Source of the DNA: Octopus vulgaris
Lineage: Eukaryota
Assembly (NCBI GenBank): GCA_951406725.2
Contig: OX597839.1
Coordinates: 3,844,001 to 3,908,000, forward strand
Reading direction: 5' to 3'
Length of the DNA: 64,000 bases
Shown here: positions 38,313 to 51,338 of the stretch, piece after piece
Numbering within the stretch: the first letter of the stretch is position 1
Layout of the letters: every line of letters begins with the position of its first letter
Translations under genes and position numbers: made by a program
The notes under the pieces: model-generated
Database searches by the model: none
Seen by the model: the letters and a program-made list of their open reading frames with translations, nothing else
What the model was told of the DNA's origin: nothing

Positions 38313-38491
38313 CAGTGGTTTTCAACCAGGGTTCCGCAAGAAGTTACAAAACTGCTAAAATCGGCAGTAATTTTTAATTCTCCTGTGCAGATATGTGAGT
38401 ATAAAACTATTAAATTATTGCACAGGGGTTCCTCGAGCCAGTGGAATGTTTCCTTGGGGTTCCGCTCCAGTAAAAAGTTTGAAAAGCACTG
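38313..38491. mobile_element. hAT-type MITE (14732 family, small internal deletion)
   Basis: Same TIRs; TSD ctagagag/ctatagag. Confidence 0.8.
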
Positions 38492-39497
38492 CTATAGAGT
38501 AAAGCCCTGGTATGATGATCTAAAGGAAAACGGGGGACATGTCCGAACCAGCGCATGTGACGGATAACTATGAGGTGGGAGGTTGCTGTGAAATTTGTTT
38601 AAAAAGACATCGAAAAATAATTACGAGATTCATTATCTGTACAAAATTACGATATTTATTAAAAAGAACATTGTTTTTAGGTTACAAAGCAACGTGACTA
38701 AAAGAATAAAAAATTAAACTGCTTCGTCATCAAACGTCTACATTCAAGTTTGTTCTGCAAGATAGTCGTCTGTCTATCACAACTTGTACTATTATTAATA
38801 ATGGGGTTTTGGGAGTGAATGATAAAAAAGTTTTCTGTTCCCTGTTGATAATAAGAGCTCTGAGCCGCTCCTTTCAATTTCTCAATGATAGATTGTTCTA
38901 GGGTCTATCATTTAGTCGGACATTTGGGCTGTTTCTAACAACTTGAACGATTTAAGATTAACAGTGCTTGTTAATCGACAAAAATTCTGTAACTTCGGAA
39001 ATTGGTGTGTGTAGGAATAGTTGAATGCGTATGGTTGTAGTGGAAATGGTACACCCATCCCACGGGACAGCCAAGGGAGTTGTGTGTCAATTGTTGTAGG
39101 AGTCGTTGTACAACTTCTCAGTTGGAGTTGAGTGTCAGTTACGCGTTATAATCGAGTTCGAGTCACAGTCAAGGTAGACGGTTCAAATTTCGTGTCTTGC
39201 AGAGCTATCAGACAGACGAAGCGGTTTGTTACCATTCCGATATAGAAGAGATACACTGTATCCGATACCAAGAAAATATCGTGGCTACTAGAGTAGATAC
39301 AGCAGTTACAGTTACCACAGTGACCACACATTTTAACTGTGGAAAACACCACATCGTAAAAGCATGAAGCTTTTAGTAGCGCTTTCATAAATGTACATTT
39401 AACTGCCCACAGTCCAGTGTCCTGGTTTTAAAAATATAACTCATAAACGGAACCTGAAAGATTGCTCACTGATGACATGGCTTTTTTTATAATTTTG

Positions 39498-39765
39498 CGT
39501 GGCTTAGTGGTTAGGAGCATTCGGTTCACGATTGTAAGGTCATGAGTTCAATTCCCGGGGGCGCGTTGTGTCCTTGAGCAAGACACTTTATTTCACGTTG
39601 CTCCAGTCCACTCAGCTGGCAAAAATGAGTTGTACCTGTATTTTCAAAGGGCCAGCCTTGTTACACACTGTGTCACTCTGAATCTCCCCGAGAACTACGT
39701 TAAGGGTACACGTGTTTGTGGAGTGCTCAGCCACTTGCTTGCACGTAAATTTTACGAGCAAGCTG
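39498..39765 (+). mobile_element. SINE D
   Basis: Close match to the 22750 copy. Confidence 0.8.
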
Positions 39766-39777
39766 TACCTACCTATC

Positions 39778-39820
<43 letters not shown>

Positions 39821-39915
39821 CATCCATCCATCCATCCATCCATCCATACATACATCCATCCATCCATACATACATACATATATATATACACATACATATA
39901 TATATATATACATAC

Positions 39916-39967
<52 letters not shown>

Positions 39968-40117
39968 TGTAAATCTAGAGTGAATACTTGATAAGTGTAA
40001 GCACCTGTATATGCCAGGTAGTGGCAGAGGTAAAATACACTGATGTAATAACGGATTGTTTATAAAGCTTGAAACATGTGTACCGCGATATCCTTTGTGT
40101 TCTGTTTTTAATTTATA

Positions 40118-40148
<31 letters not shown>

Positions 40149-40703
40149 CAGTACCGTGCAAAAATCTTCGGCCATTTTATGTATGCATGTATGTACGTAT
40201 GTATTCGTGTATGTATGTATGTATGTATGTATGTATGTATGTATGTATGTATGTATGTATGTATGTATGCATGCATGTATGTTCAGAAGTGATGACGAAG
40301 TATTTTTCAATATTTGGACTTAAGTCGATAGGTCGTTGTCATCTATGACCTTTAAAATGTTAGTTTTTTTTTTTTTAATACGTTTTAAAGTGTTTTGTTG
40401 TTTGTGGAGCAAAAATGTCGCTCTGTATCCTTCGTGAATTTCTGATGCCGAGCTAGCAAAATCGTTAGAACCCCGGGAAAAAAATTACTTAGTGACATTC
40501 ATTCCAGTTCTTTGCGTTCAGCTGAGTCAACTGGGCGAAAAGGATCTGATGCTGAAAGACTCGAAACTCTCTGAGATCTTAGAAACATCTGGGAGCATCC
40601 GTGAAATGCATCTTGGGACTAAATTACTTATTGGGAGATAGATTTACCATAATATGTCTTGAATCAGCTGAACGTATTAATTAAACGGTTTTTGCTCTCT
40701 CAA

Positions 40704-41116
40704 GGCGGCGAGCTGGCAGAAACGTTAGCACGCCGGGCGAAATGCTTAGCGGTATTTCGTCTGCGTTACGTTGTGAGTTCAAATTCCGCCGAGGTCGACT
40801 TTGCCTTTCATCCTTTCGGGGTCGATAAATTAAGTACCAGTTACGCACTGGGGTCGATCTGATCGACTTAATACCTATGTCTGTCCTTGTTTGTCCCCTC
40901 TGTGTTTAGCCCCTTGTGGGTAATAAAGAAATAGGTATTTCGTCTGCGTTACGTTGTGAGTTCAAATTCCGCCGAGGTCGACTTTGCCTTTCATCCTTTC
41001 GAGGTCGATAAATTAAGTACCAGTTACGCACTGGGGTCGATGTAATCGACTTAATACCTATGTCTGTCCTTGTTTGTCCCCTCTGTGTTTAGCCCCTTGT
41101 GGGTAATAAAGAAATA
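40704..41116 (+). mobile_element. SINE A dimer
   Basis: GGTATTT at 40751, 40934 and 41117; TSD ggt(t/a)ttt(g/a)ctctctca. Confidence 0.9.
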
Positions 41117-41391
41117 GGTATTTACTCTCTCACTTATCAATATATACGAGGCGGCGCTGAAAAGTTCCTGGCTTTGGCTAAAAGGAAATACAAGAGGGTC
41201 AGTTAATTATCATTTTATTCAACAAATTCACCTCTCAGATAGACACGCTTATTGCCGCGGTCCTGCAATTTTCCTAAGCCCTGTAAAAGAACTAATTTAC
41301 GAGCAGGGACTTCAAATTCTCACGGCTGCCAGACTAGGTTTAAGGTTATCTTGCACAGTGCAGTACCTTGCAAGTATTGGATGGCCAATAT

Positions 41392-42698
41392 TTATGGCTC
41401 ATCCCATAAATAATGCGGTTTTCTTTTCAATTGCATAAGCTAAAAGTCGGAGGGGGACGGGATAAACTACTAGCATCAACATGCTATAAAATCAGGTAGG
41501 AATTTTACCATGTCCTTATTCTTAGTGCAAGTTTTGAAGAGTACAGTGAGATTTTAACAGTTATAATTTCAACGCTATAATGGAAGTGGTAAAGGATCAT
41601 ATTCGGCATAGTTTGCTTTATGAGTTCAATAAAGACAACAACGCAACGGAAAGTGCGAGGAATATTAATGCAGTATATAAGGGATTGGACAATAAGCGTA
41701 AGCCAGTGTCAACGGTGGTTCTAGAAATTCTTAGCCGGAAACTACAGCCTAGAAGACGAGCTTCGTCCTGGAAGATCTGTAGAGCTCGACGAGGACGTTT
41801 TGCGAACCTTGGTGGAATAAAATCCCATCATAACTGTTGAGGAACTAGCAGAGAAGCTTGGATTTGGTCATTCAACCATTCATAGACACCTACGTCCTAT
41901 CGGAAAGTGGCCGTCTTTGGTTTCAAAACGAAAGGTGTTCTTCTATCAGGATAATGCTCGGCTACATACAGCGAAGATGATATTCCAAAGGCTGGAGCAG
42001 TTTGAAAGCGAAACGATGCCCCAGCCACTATAATCGCCAGACATTGCCCCATCTGATTATCATTTATTCCGCAGTCTTCAAAATCATTTGGACAGAAAAA
42101 AATGGAAGCACTCCATCGGTTACGACGACGAGGGTTCCGGTTGATCCGATCAACGGAACAGCCTGCTCGTGAAATTAACGTGTAAGTGGCTGAGCACTCC
42201 ACAGACACGTGCACCCTTAACGTAGTTCTCGGAAATATTCAGCGTGACACAGAGAGTGACAAGGCAGGTCCTTTGAAATACAGGTACAACAGAAACAGGA
42301 AGTAAGAGTGAGAGAAAGTTGTGGTGAAAGAGTACAGCAGGGATCACCACCATCCCCTGCCGGAGCCTCGTGGAGCTTTTAGGTGTTTTCGCTCAATAAA
42401 CACTCACAACGCCCGGTCTGGGAATCGAAACCGCGATCCTACGACCGCGAGTCCGCTGCCCTAACCACTGGGCCATTGCGTCTCCACACAGAAAAAAATA
42501 TGAATTCTGTAAACGAGGTCAGAACAGTATTGGTAGAGTGGATTTTGGAAGAGGGGCTTTGCAAGTGTACCAGATAGATGGAAGAGCATTATAGAAAATG
42601 AAGGGGAGTATATTTTAGATTTGAAAAGTTCTTTCTTTATCTTAATTTCTAAAAATAGAAGCATTAAAAAACCGCATTATTTATGGGATGGCCCATTA
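41392..42698 (+). mobile_element. Defective mariner transposon with a SINE C inserted (42106-42487, -)
   Basis: TIR catcccataaataatgcggtttt at both ends. Frameshifted transposase: IRHSLLYEFNK..NATESARNI, TVEELAEKLGFGHSTIHRHL, QDNARLH, SPDIAPSDYHLFRSLQNHL. Confidence 0.9.
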
Positions 42699-43052
42699 CA
42701 CACAGACAGCGGGCTTTGGTCAGCCCGAAGCTAAGGTAGAAGACACTCACCCAAGGTTCCATGTAGTAGGACTGAACCCGGAACCATGTGGTCGGGAAAC
42801 AAGCTTCTCACCACGCCTGCGCCTATTAGTATACGTAGGTACATGGACATTTCTTTGAAGATATAAACGGAACAAACGTCTTATAAATAAAGTCATGTTA
42901 TTCCCTCATTACAATCACGAAGACTCATCGCTTTAGTCATGCAACTTTCCATTTAGACTCCTTCCTCGCTTCAACTGTTTCTTTGTCAACCTCTCCCCCA
43001 CCCCACCTCTCTCTACTTCAAACTATCCACTCTCATCTTTTTCTCTCCTTCT

Positions 43053-43088
<36 letters not shown>

Positions 43089-43460
43089 AAAATCGCTTAC
43101 ACTGCTTTTGATTAAAAATAAAACTGGAAGCGTTCTTTTTCCTTTTCTCTCTGGTAAAATAAAACAAATGTTAGTCAGAGCTTAGACCCGGGTATTTATT
43201 CATTGCTGTCGTGTGTGACACTTTGCGGGACAACAAAGATCGTATTAGGATGAGTTCGTGCTCTAAGACTGTGTACAAAGACATGGCTTTTGTTTTTTGG
43301 TGTTGTTTTTTTTTTCTGTTTTGCTTTTTTTTTTTTTTTTTGTTTCATAAAGAAGTAATCCAGAAGCTATCGTCTGTTTAAAAATGGTCTGTTGAAGATG
43401 ACGATCGAGTAATTTCTCGTCCGCTTAACTTACTCTTCTGACTAAACAGTGAACTGAACG

Positions 43461-43462
<2 letters not shown>

Positions 43463-43506
<44 letters not shown>

Positions 43507-44113
43507 ACGCCACACACACACACACGCCACACACACACACACGCGCGCATACTTACACACACTCACACACACACTCACACATACTCATATACACACACAC
43601 ACGCTCAAAAACAGACACACACACACACACACGCCACACACATACACACGCCACACAAACACACACGCCAACACACACACACACACGCATACTTACACAC
43701 ACAAACACATACGCCAGACACACATACTCACATGTAGACACATACCTTCATATATGCACACACTCACACACAAACACACACACACACACACACATTCACA
43801 CACAAACATACACCACACACACGTACACTTACACATATACACATACATATATACACATATACACGTACATACACAAGCGCGCACACACACGCACACACAC
43901 ACATATATATATACATGCATACACACATACACATACACATATACACATACACATATACACGCATGCACATATACACGCACACACACATGCACACACTCAC
44001 AAATTCACTCACACATACTCATATATATACACACACACACTCAAACACAGACAGACATACACACACACACACACACACACACGCTTACACACACACACAC
44101 ACACACACACACA
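43463..44113. repeat. (CA)n-rich compound microsatellite
   Basis: Directly visible. Confidence 0.95.
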
Positions 44114-44616
44114 CCAATGGATGGTGTTATCTCTTATAGAAAGTCTGGGCATCTGCAGCTAAAACGAGCTCCTTTTGGAAAACGCAGACACGAACAAGGG
44201 TTTTTTGGGGGTCCCCTCTTCATGTTAGTTGTGTTGTGCCAGGAAGGGAAGCAAGGGTCGATACATCTTAGCGCATGTGTTGTCGACAGAACGCAAGAAG
44301 TCGAAACGGGTGTTGGGACTTTTCGGGTCCGCATTTAACGGTCTGATGCCCTTCCGCTACCCTTCCTGATCTCAAAACATTTAGTTGTCTCTCACGGCAG
44401 GAATATGGTGAACATGTTCTAAAAACTGAAACACACACTTGTGTGATTCAGTTGTGTGTGTGTGTGTGTGCGTGAGTGCGCATCTGTGTATTAGTACCTG
44501 TTTGAGTGTTTGTCAAATCCATTTTAGCCGAGATTTTATCTTAAAAATCTTCAGTCACATTTACTGTGCTCCCCCCGACACACACAAACACACACACAAA
44601 CACAGACACAGACACA

Positions 44617-44662
<46 letters not shown>

Positions 44663-44750
44663 TACATACATGGAAGAGATCACAACATCATCAGCAGCTG
44701 CCCCAACATGTCTATGAGATATTACCTGCTCCTGCTTTAATAATAGAATA

Positions 44751-44791
<41 letters not shown>

Positions 44792-44792
<1 letters not shown>

Positions 44793-44987
44793 CTCATTTA
44801 CTTGTTTCAGTCATTTGACTTTGGCACCGCCTTTAGTCGAATAAATCGACCCCAGGTTTTATTTTTTGTAAGCCTAGTACTTATTCTATTGGTCTTTTTT
44901 GCCGAACCTCTAAGTTATGGGGACGTAAACACATCAACATCGGTTGTCAAGCGTTGATTGGAGGACAAACACAGACACACACATACA

Positions 44988-45069
<82 letters not shown>

Positions 45070-45285
45070 ATTAAACCTCGCTAAGTTAAATATTTAAATC
45101 ACCTGAAGAATGACTGTAGCCCGAAATTTTAAGAATTGGACAGCCATGAAACGATCGTAGTGTTATACTAATTATCTTTTTTTAATAATTTTGATATATA
45201 TTTAAAATAATATGAATTAATTAATCTTATGTATTGGCTTGAGTTTTTCATTGTATGATTTGCCTAATAGTGGTTTTATCTCTAA

Positions 45286-45339
<54 letters not shown>

Positions 45340-45457
45340 GTGAAATATATATATATACGACGGGCAAGGCTTTGGTTGGCCCGAGGCTATAGTAGAAGAC
45401 ACTTGCTCAAGGTGCGAACCATGTAATTGGGAAGCAAGCTTCTCACCACAGCCACAC
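44792..45457 (-). mobile_element. SINE B whose internal (TA)n carries a Penelope-like insert (45067-45289)
   Basis: B tail 44792-44980, B head 45356-45457. Confidence 0.75.
45100..45162 (+). ncRNA. Type I hammerhead ribozyme with palindromic stem III (Penelope type)
   Basis: CAC-CTGAAGA-ATGACTGT..ACAGCCAT-GAAAC-GATC-GTA-GTG: intact core, 7/8-bp stem II, palindrome ACGATCGT, GUA cleavage site after 45159. Confidence 0.75.
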
Positions 45458-45811
45458 TTTTATATGCTGGTCACTGATAAAATTTTAAAGAAATTATCTT
45501 TAATTCTGTTTGTGTGTGTATATATATATATATATTACGTTTTTGGATTTGGCTTGCAGTGTAAATAACGGACACAGTCAGGACTATTGAAAAAGGCTGC
45601 ACATGGCAACGAAAATTTTAGGAAAATAAAAATAAGAAATAAGTGGAAATTGTACCAGTGAGTGTGTTAAATTATAAGGCACAAAAAGAAAATGACTCTC
45701 CCGAGACACAACTGTGTGTGTATATATATATATATATAATGTGACCTTGTGTGTACCGTTGACGATTTTTTTTCCTCCGTCTTCCCTTCTTTGGATCTTT
45801 CCTTTTCCTAT

Positions 45812-45846
45812 GTTTCTGACGAAGAGCTCCGCTCGAAACGTTAAAC
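45812..45846 (+). ncRNA. Minimal type I hammerhead ribozyme within the pLTR-like repeat 45739-45950
   Basis: GTTT-CTGACGA-A-GAGC-TCC-GCTC-GAAAC-GTT-AAAC; palindromic ACGT stem III. Confidence 0.7.
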
Positions 45847-45971
45847 CCTCATTCTTCCCTTCTTTCCTGAGTGTCCAAAAATACTATACTTGTTACACGT
45901 CCTCGCGTTGTTGTGTTTTCTCTTTGTGTTTTCATGTTTGGATTAACTTTATATATATGTAAGTATGTATG

Positions 45972-46031
<60 letters not shown>

Positions 46032-46155
46032 TAGAGAGAGAGAGAGGGAAAGAGAAAGAGAGTGAGAGATATCTACAAACAGACAGATAGTTAAAGACAT
46101 GCATGCTGACATATATACAAAAGTGTATCTAAGAGTATATGTGTATGTGTGTGTG

Positions 46156-46213
<58 letters not shown>

Positions 46214-46608
46214 TGTGTGTGTATTTTTAATGATAAGTTTATTTGTAGCCTCCAGATATTGACTCCCCATCTTCTGGTCACTGCCGACCCTCTAGTATTG
46301 ACAATTAACTCCGTCTAACAGATAATTACAACAATTAGTAAATTGAGGCCCTGCACACACACACACACTAACACACTCATATACACACACATCCATACCA
46401 TACATAACCATGTTTTTAACCAATATGTAAACTAGGTCATCATGCTAAATATCTAAATAACTGACATGAATATTTTTGGTTCTGAAAAATAAAAGGGGAA
46501 GAAAAAACTGATAGAATTGCACTGTTTAATTTGTCTAATGGTGCAACTGCGGGTAGATATCATAGTTTCAGTTCTCATGCTTTATTGTTGTCTAACTACC
46601 ATGAAATG

Positions 46609-47810
46609 TGGAGGCGCGATGGCCCAGTGGTTAGGACAGCGAACACGCGATCGTAGGACTGCGGTTTCGATTCACAGACCGGGCGTTGTGAGTGTTTATT
46701 GAGCGAAAATACCTAAAGCACCACGAGGCTCCGGCAGGGTGTGTGGCGAACTCTGCTGTACTCTTTCACCACAATTTTTCTCTCACGCTTTCTTCCTGTT
46801 TCTGCGATGGCCCAGTGGTTAGGACAGCGAACACGCGATCGTAGGATTGCGGTTTCGATTCCCAGACCGGGCGTTGTGAGTGTTTATTGAGCAAAAATAC
46901 CTAAAGCACCACGAGGCTCCGGCAGGGGTGTGTGGCGAACTCCTGCTGTACTCTTTCACCATAATTTTTCTCTCACTCTTTCTTCCTGTTTCTGCGATGG
47001 CCCAGTGGTTAGGACAGCGAACACGCGATCGTAGGATTGCGGTTTCGATTCCCAGACCGGGCGTTGTGAGTGTTTATTGAGCAAAAATACCTAAAGCACC
47101 ACGAGGCTCCGGCAGAGGGTGTAGCGAACCCTGCTGTACTCTTTCACCACAATTTTTCTCTCACGCTTTCTTCCTGTTTCTGTTGTACCTGTATTTCAAA
47201 GGGCCAGCCTTTCCACACTCTGTGTCATGCTGAATATCTACGATTAGTGGGAGTACTCAGCCACTTGCAAGTTAATTTCACGAGTAGGGTTTTCCGATGG
47301 TCGAATCAGCTGGAACCCTCGTCCATCGTTACGTCCTGCTGAGGTCGACTTTAGCTTTGTTCCATTCGGGGTTGATATAATATGTACAAGTAGTGGAGGC
47401 GCAATGGCCCAGTGGTTAGGGCAGCGGACTCGCGGTCGTAGGATCGCGGTTTCGTTTCTCAGACCGGGCGTTGTGAGTGTTTATTGAGCGAAAACACCTA
47501 AAGCACCACGAGGCTCCGGCAGGGATGGTGGTGATCCCTGCTGTACTCTTTCACCACAACTTTCTCTCACGCTTTCTTCCTGTTTCTGTTGTACCTGTAT
47601 TTCAAAGGGCCAGCCTTGTCACATTCTGTGTCACGCTGAATCTCCCCGATATCTACGATTAGTGGGAGTACTCAGCCACTTGCAAGTTAATTTCACGAGT
47701 AGGGTGTTCCGTTGGTCGAATCAGCTGGAACCCTCGTCCATCGTTACGTTCTGCTGAGGTCGACTTTAGCTTTGTTCCATTCGGGGTTGATATAATATGT
47801 ACAAGTTGAT
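46609..47810 (+). mobile_element. SINE C head trimer (188-190 bp period) plus a further tandem full copy (47394-47750)
   Basis: gcgatggcccagtggttagg at 46616, 46804 and 46994; junction cttcctgtttct|gcgatgg. Confidence 0.9.
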
Positions 47811-48198
47811 CGCTGGGGTTGATGTTACGAATTAACTACTGCTGGGTATGAATATAAATGAATCGCACCTCTCTGCCAAGCCATGTTGAGCCAGTGTAAG
47901 CTCATCAAACCAATATTATCTCGAGTTCAAATTCACGGCCTCCACATCAGACCATGGTTGGGTGGAGGAAAACATGCTGAGGCCTTCGACCTGCATTGGG
48001 CTGACCATAAGCAATCCGATCCAGTCTAAACTACCAAGGGAAGAGTTTAATTTCAGAAAGAGACGTGAAGGAAGAGAAAAGGCAGAGAGGGGCAATAGAA
48101 TGAGAGAGAAAGCAGATATTGTTCAGTGAGAAATGTTTCCGATAAATAACGACTGTGAGTTTTATTCAAACAAATAAATGTACTTAGCTACATGGTTG

Positions 48199-48624
48199 GG
48201 ATCTTTTCGGTTTGAACGGCAGTTTTTTCTCTACCGGTGTCATATGAAATTGTCACCCATAATTGTGACACTAGAATCGATCTATTGCATTTCAATCTCT
48301 TTTAGGGTTAGGGTTAGGGTTAGGGGTGGGGGAAGGGTATCTTTTTTTCTTCACAAATGTAAATAAACCCAATCTGTTTCTTAAACGAGGGACATAGTCA
48401 TACGGCACTAGAATCGATTTTTTTACCTCAATAGACGTCATTGATTGGTTGAAATTGCAGAAATTGAAGAAAAATAGCAAATATCTTACAAACTATAGAC
48501 TTTTCTCAATAAAGCCAAGAGAAAAAGATGTTTTATAAACACATTCTACCAGTATACGAAGTTTAAAAGTGTTTAGCTACGTGGAAATTATTTTTAAAAA
48601 CTGCCGGTCAAACCGAAAAGATCC
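48199..48624. mobile_element. Telomere-repeat MITE, copy 2
   Basis: Same TIR; TSD catggttg. Confidence 0.9.
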
Positions 48625-49095
48625 CATGGTTGATTTAATTAATGGACAAGCATTTGGTTGTCAGATAAATTCATTCGTTTTCTTTTTCTTCCACTGGTTT
48701 ATCTTTTATCTTTTACTTGTTTCAGTTATATGACAACGGCCGTGCTGGGGCACCGCCTTGTTGAATTTTTAGTCGAATGAATTGACCCCAGTACTTATTC
48801 CTTTTTATTTTGTTAAGCCTGGTACTTATTCTATCGGTTTTCTTTTGCCGAACCGCCAAGTTACAGGGACGTAAACATATCAACACCGGTTGTCAAGCAG
48901 TAACGGGGGACAAACACAGACCCATACACACATACACACACATACGCACGCATGCGCACGTGCACATACACACACATCTATAGCATATGATACGACAGGT
49001 GTGTCTGTTCGGTTTCTGTCTACCAGATCCACTCACAAGGATTTGGTTGGCCCGAGGCTAAAGTAGAAGACACTTGCCTAAGGTGCCACACAGCC

Positions 49096-49096
<1 letters not shown>

Positions 49097-49126
<30 letters not shown>

Positions 49127-49132
49127 CTTCTT

Positions 49133-49164
<32 letters not shown>

Positions 49165-49434
49165 AGCATTCACTCGGGGTGGGTTGAGCTGGCTTCATTC
49201 ATCCTCAATGCTGCATCTCTCACAAACGCCGACCAGTCCTGGCGATTTGTGGCTAACGACCGCGTAATCTCCAGCCACTCCCTATTCCAGCGGCGAACGC
49301 CGTAGATATGGGGGCCTAGGTTGGGTCCCAGATCAGCCTTGACTGTCATCAGCCAGGTTTTTCGTTGTCCACCACATCGCTTTCGTCAACCCTGAAGGTG
49401 AGCTGGGGCAATTGCTTCGTAATTCATCTACGAA
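49097..49434 (-). mobile_element. RTE LINE 3' fragment with a (GAA)n tail, inserted in SINE B (48700-49457)
   Basis: RKRCGGQRKTWLMTVKADL...LATNRQDWSAFV; TSD gccacacagccac. Confidence 0.8.
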
Positions 49435-49662
49435 GCCACACAGCCACGCCTGCACCTGAAGTACTTTAGCGTAGTGTTTGGTTTTTTTTGCAGCTCTGTT
49501 CTTCCTCAGCAACTTTTCTCTATCGTTTTCGAATTTGAATAAATCTTACCGCTTTGCATAAATTTAACGATGAAGTGCTAAACAGAAAGAAAAAGAAAAC
49601 GAACCTTTTAACTCCTGCCTCTCTTCGCTTTCAATCAAAGTTTCAAAGCTGCTGAAGCAGTT

Positions 49663-50066
49663 TGTTTGTTTGTTGAGCGCAGCGGTCTTCGTCCCAGAGC
49701 TCGCAAGATCGCGCCTCAGGATTGTCTGTATTGGGAGAAGTCCGAAACGTGGTCCTTTGCTATTCGTAAGACCCGCAGAAGAGAAAGCAGGTCAACCCCC
49801 GACACCGAGAGCATCGACGGATGGATGAATGCGCATCCAGGCTCAGCGGTTGCGTAGGAAGTCGGGGACAAGAAACAGGAAGAAAGAGTGAGAGAAAGTT
49901 GGAGCGAAAGAGTACAACAGGGGTCGCCACAACCCCCTGCCGGAGCCTCGTGGAGCTTTAGGTGTTTTCGCTCAATAAACACACACAACACTCAGTCTGG
50001 GAATCGAAACTGCGATCCTCCGACCGCGAGTCCGCTGCCCTAACCACTGGGCCATTGCGCCTCCAC
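49663..50066 (-). mobile_element. SINE C with an (AAAC)n-ending tail
   Basis: TSD ctgctgaagcagtt. Confidence 0.85.
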
Positions 50067-50079
50067 TGCTGAAGCAGTT

Positions 50080-50575
50080 CGAGATATTTGTGTTGTAAAC
50101 GGATAAGGTGTTTTTGCTGAAACAACTGCATAGAAATGGTTTTCAGACAGAGAAATTCGTCCTCGCAGACTCTCCACGTTCCAGCAAACCTGCTCAGTTC
50201 ACCGAGAGACGTTCGAACCAGATTCTCCACGAGAATCTATACCAAGCCTCAAGAGAATTGACCCAGCAGATGAGATATTCTCAAGATGCTGTCGGCTGTC
50301 ACCTTCACACGTTGGGTAAGGTCCAAAAGTTCGGTGCATGGGTGCTACGCTCTCTGAATGAAAGAGACAAACTCCGGTGCTCCTCAATTGTCACCAGCTT
50401 GTTTCTTTGACACCAGGTTACTAGTGGACACAAACAGAGATTTCTTAAGCACATCGCCACTGGCGATGAAAATGGTATCTTTTCGTGAATATGATGCCGA
50501 GGAAACAATACCTGAGTTCCGACAAGCAAAGCAGGCCAGAGCTGCGATCATGCAAACGATGATCTGCATGTATGC
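50080..50575 (+). mobile_element. Mariner transposase relic
   Basis: LADSPRSSKP...HLHTLGKVQKFGAWVLRSL; FLKHIATGDE (WVPH.L and IVTGDE motifs), disrupted. Confidence 0.8.
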
Positions 50576-50803
50576 TATTAGGAAATGCTATGAGTGGAGG
50601 CACATGGCCTAGTGGTTAGAGCAGCGGACTCACGGTCGAGGGGTCGCGGGTTCGAATCTCAGACCGAGCGATGTGTGTGTTTATGAGCGAAACACCTAAG
50701 CTCCACGCGGCTCCGGCAGAAGGTAATGGCGAATAGCTTAGTCATGGAATGAAGTAAAGCGATCGACTTTGAATTGAGCTGGGAAAGATATATGGGGACA
50801 ACG

Positions 50804-50895
<92 letters not shown>

Positions 50896-51111
50896 GATGA
50901 GCTTCTTTCAGTTTCCATCTACAAAAGCCACTCATAAGGCTTTGGTTAGCTCGAGACTATAGTAAAAGACACTTACCCGAAGTGTCACGCAGTGGGACTG
51001 AAACCGGAACCATGTGGTTGGGAAACAAACTTCATACCACATAAAACTGTTGGACAGGTTATTAATTAAAGGTGAAACTATTGGGAGTCAACAGTTAATA
51101 GAAATTATATA

Positions 51112-51284
51112 GACAGGTGTGGCGGCTGTGTGGTAAGAAGTTTTGTTGTCCAACCACATGGTTCCGGGTTCAGTCCCACTACATGACAATTCTGCTATTG
51201 CCTCGGGCCGACCAAGGCCTTGTGAGTGGATTTGGCAAACGGAAACTGAAAGAAACCCGTCGTGTGTGTATATGTACGTGTGTG

Positions 51285-51338
<54 letters not shown>

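Noticed and set aside
39036-39440. Possible solo LTR (TG start, late ATAAA)
   Set aside because: No clear CA end or TSD and no second copy in the window.
40030-40090. Hammerhead-like cacTGATG...GAAACatgtGTA in a TA-flanked insert
   Set aside because: Core is CTGATGT and stems I and II cannot be paired; at best a decayed relic.
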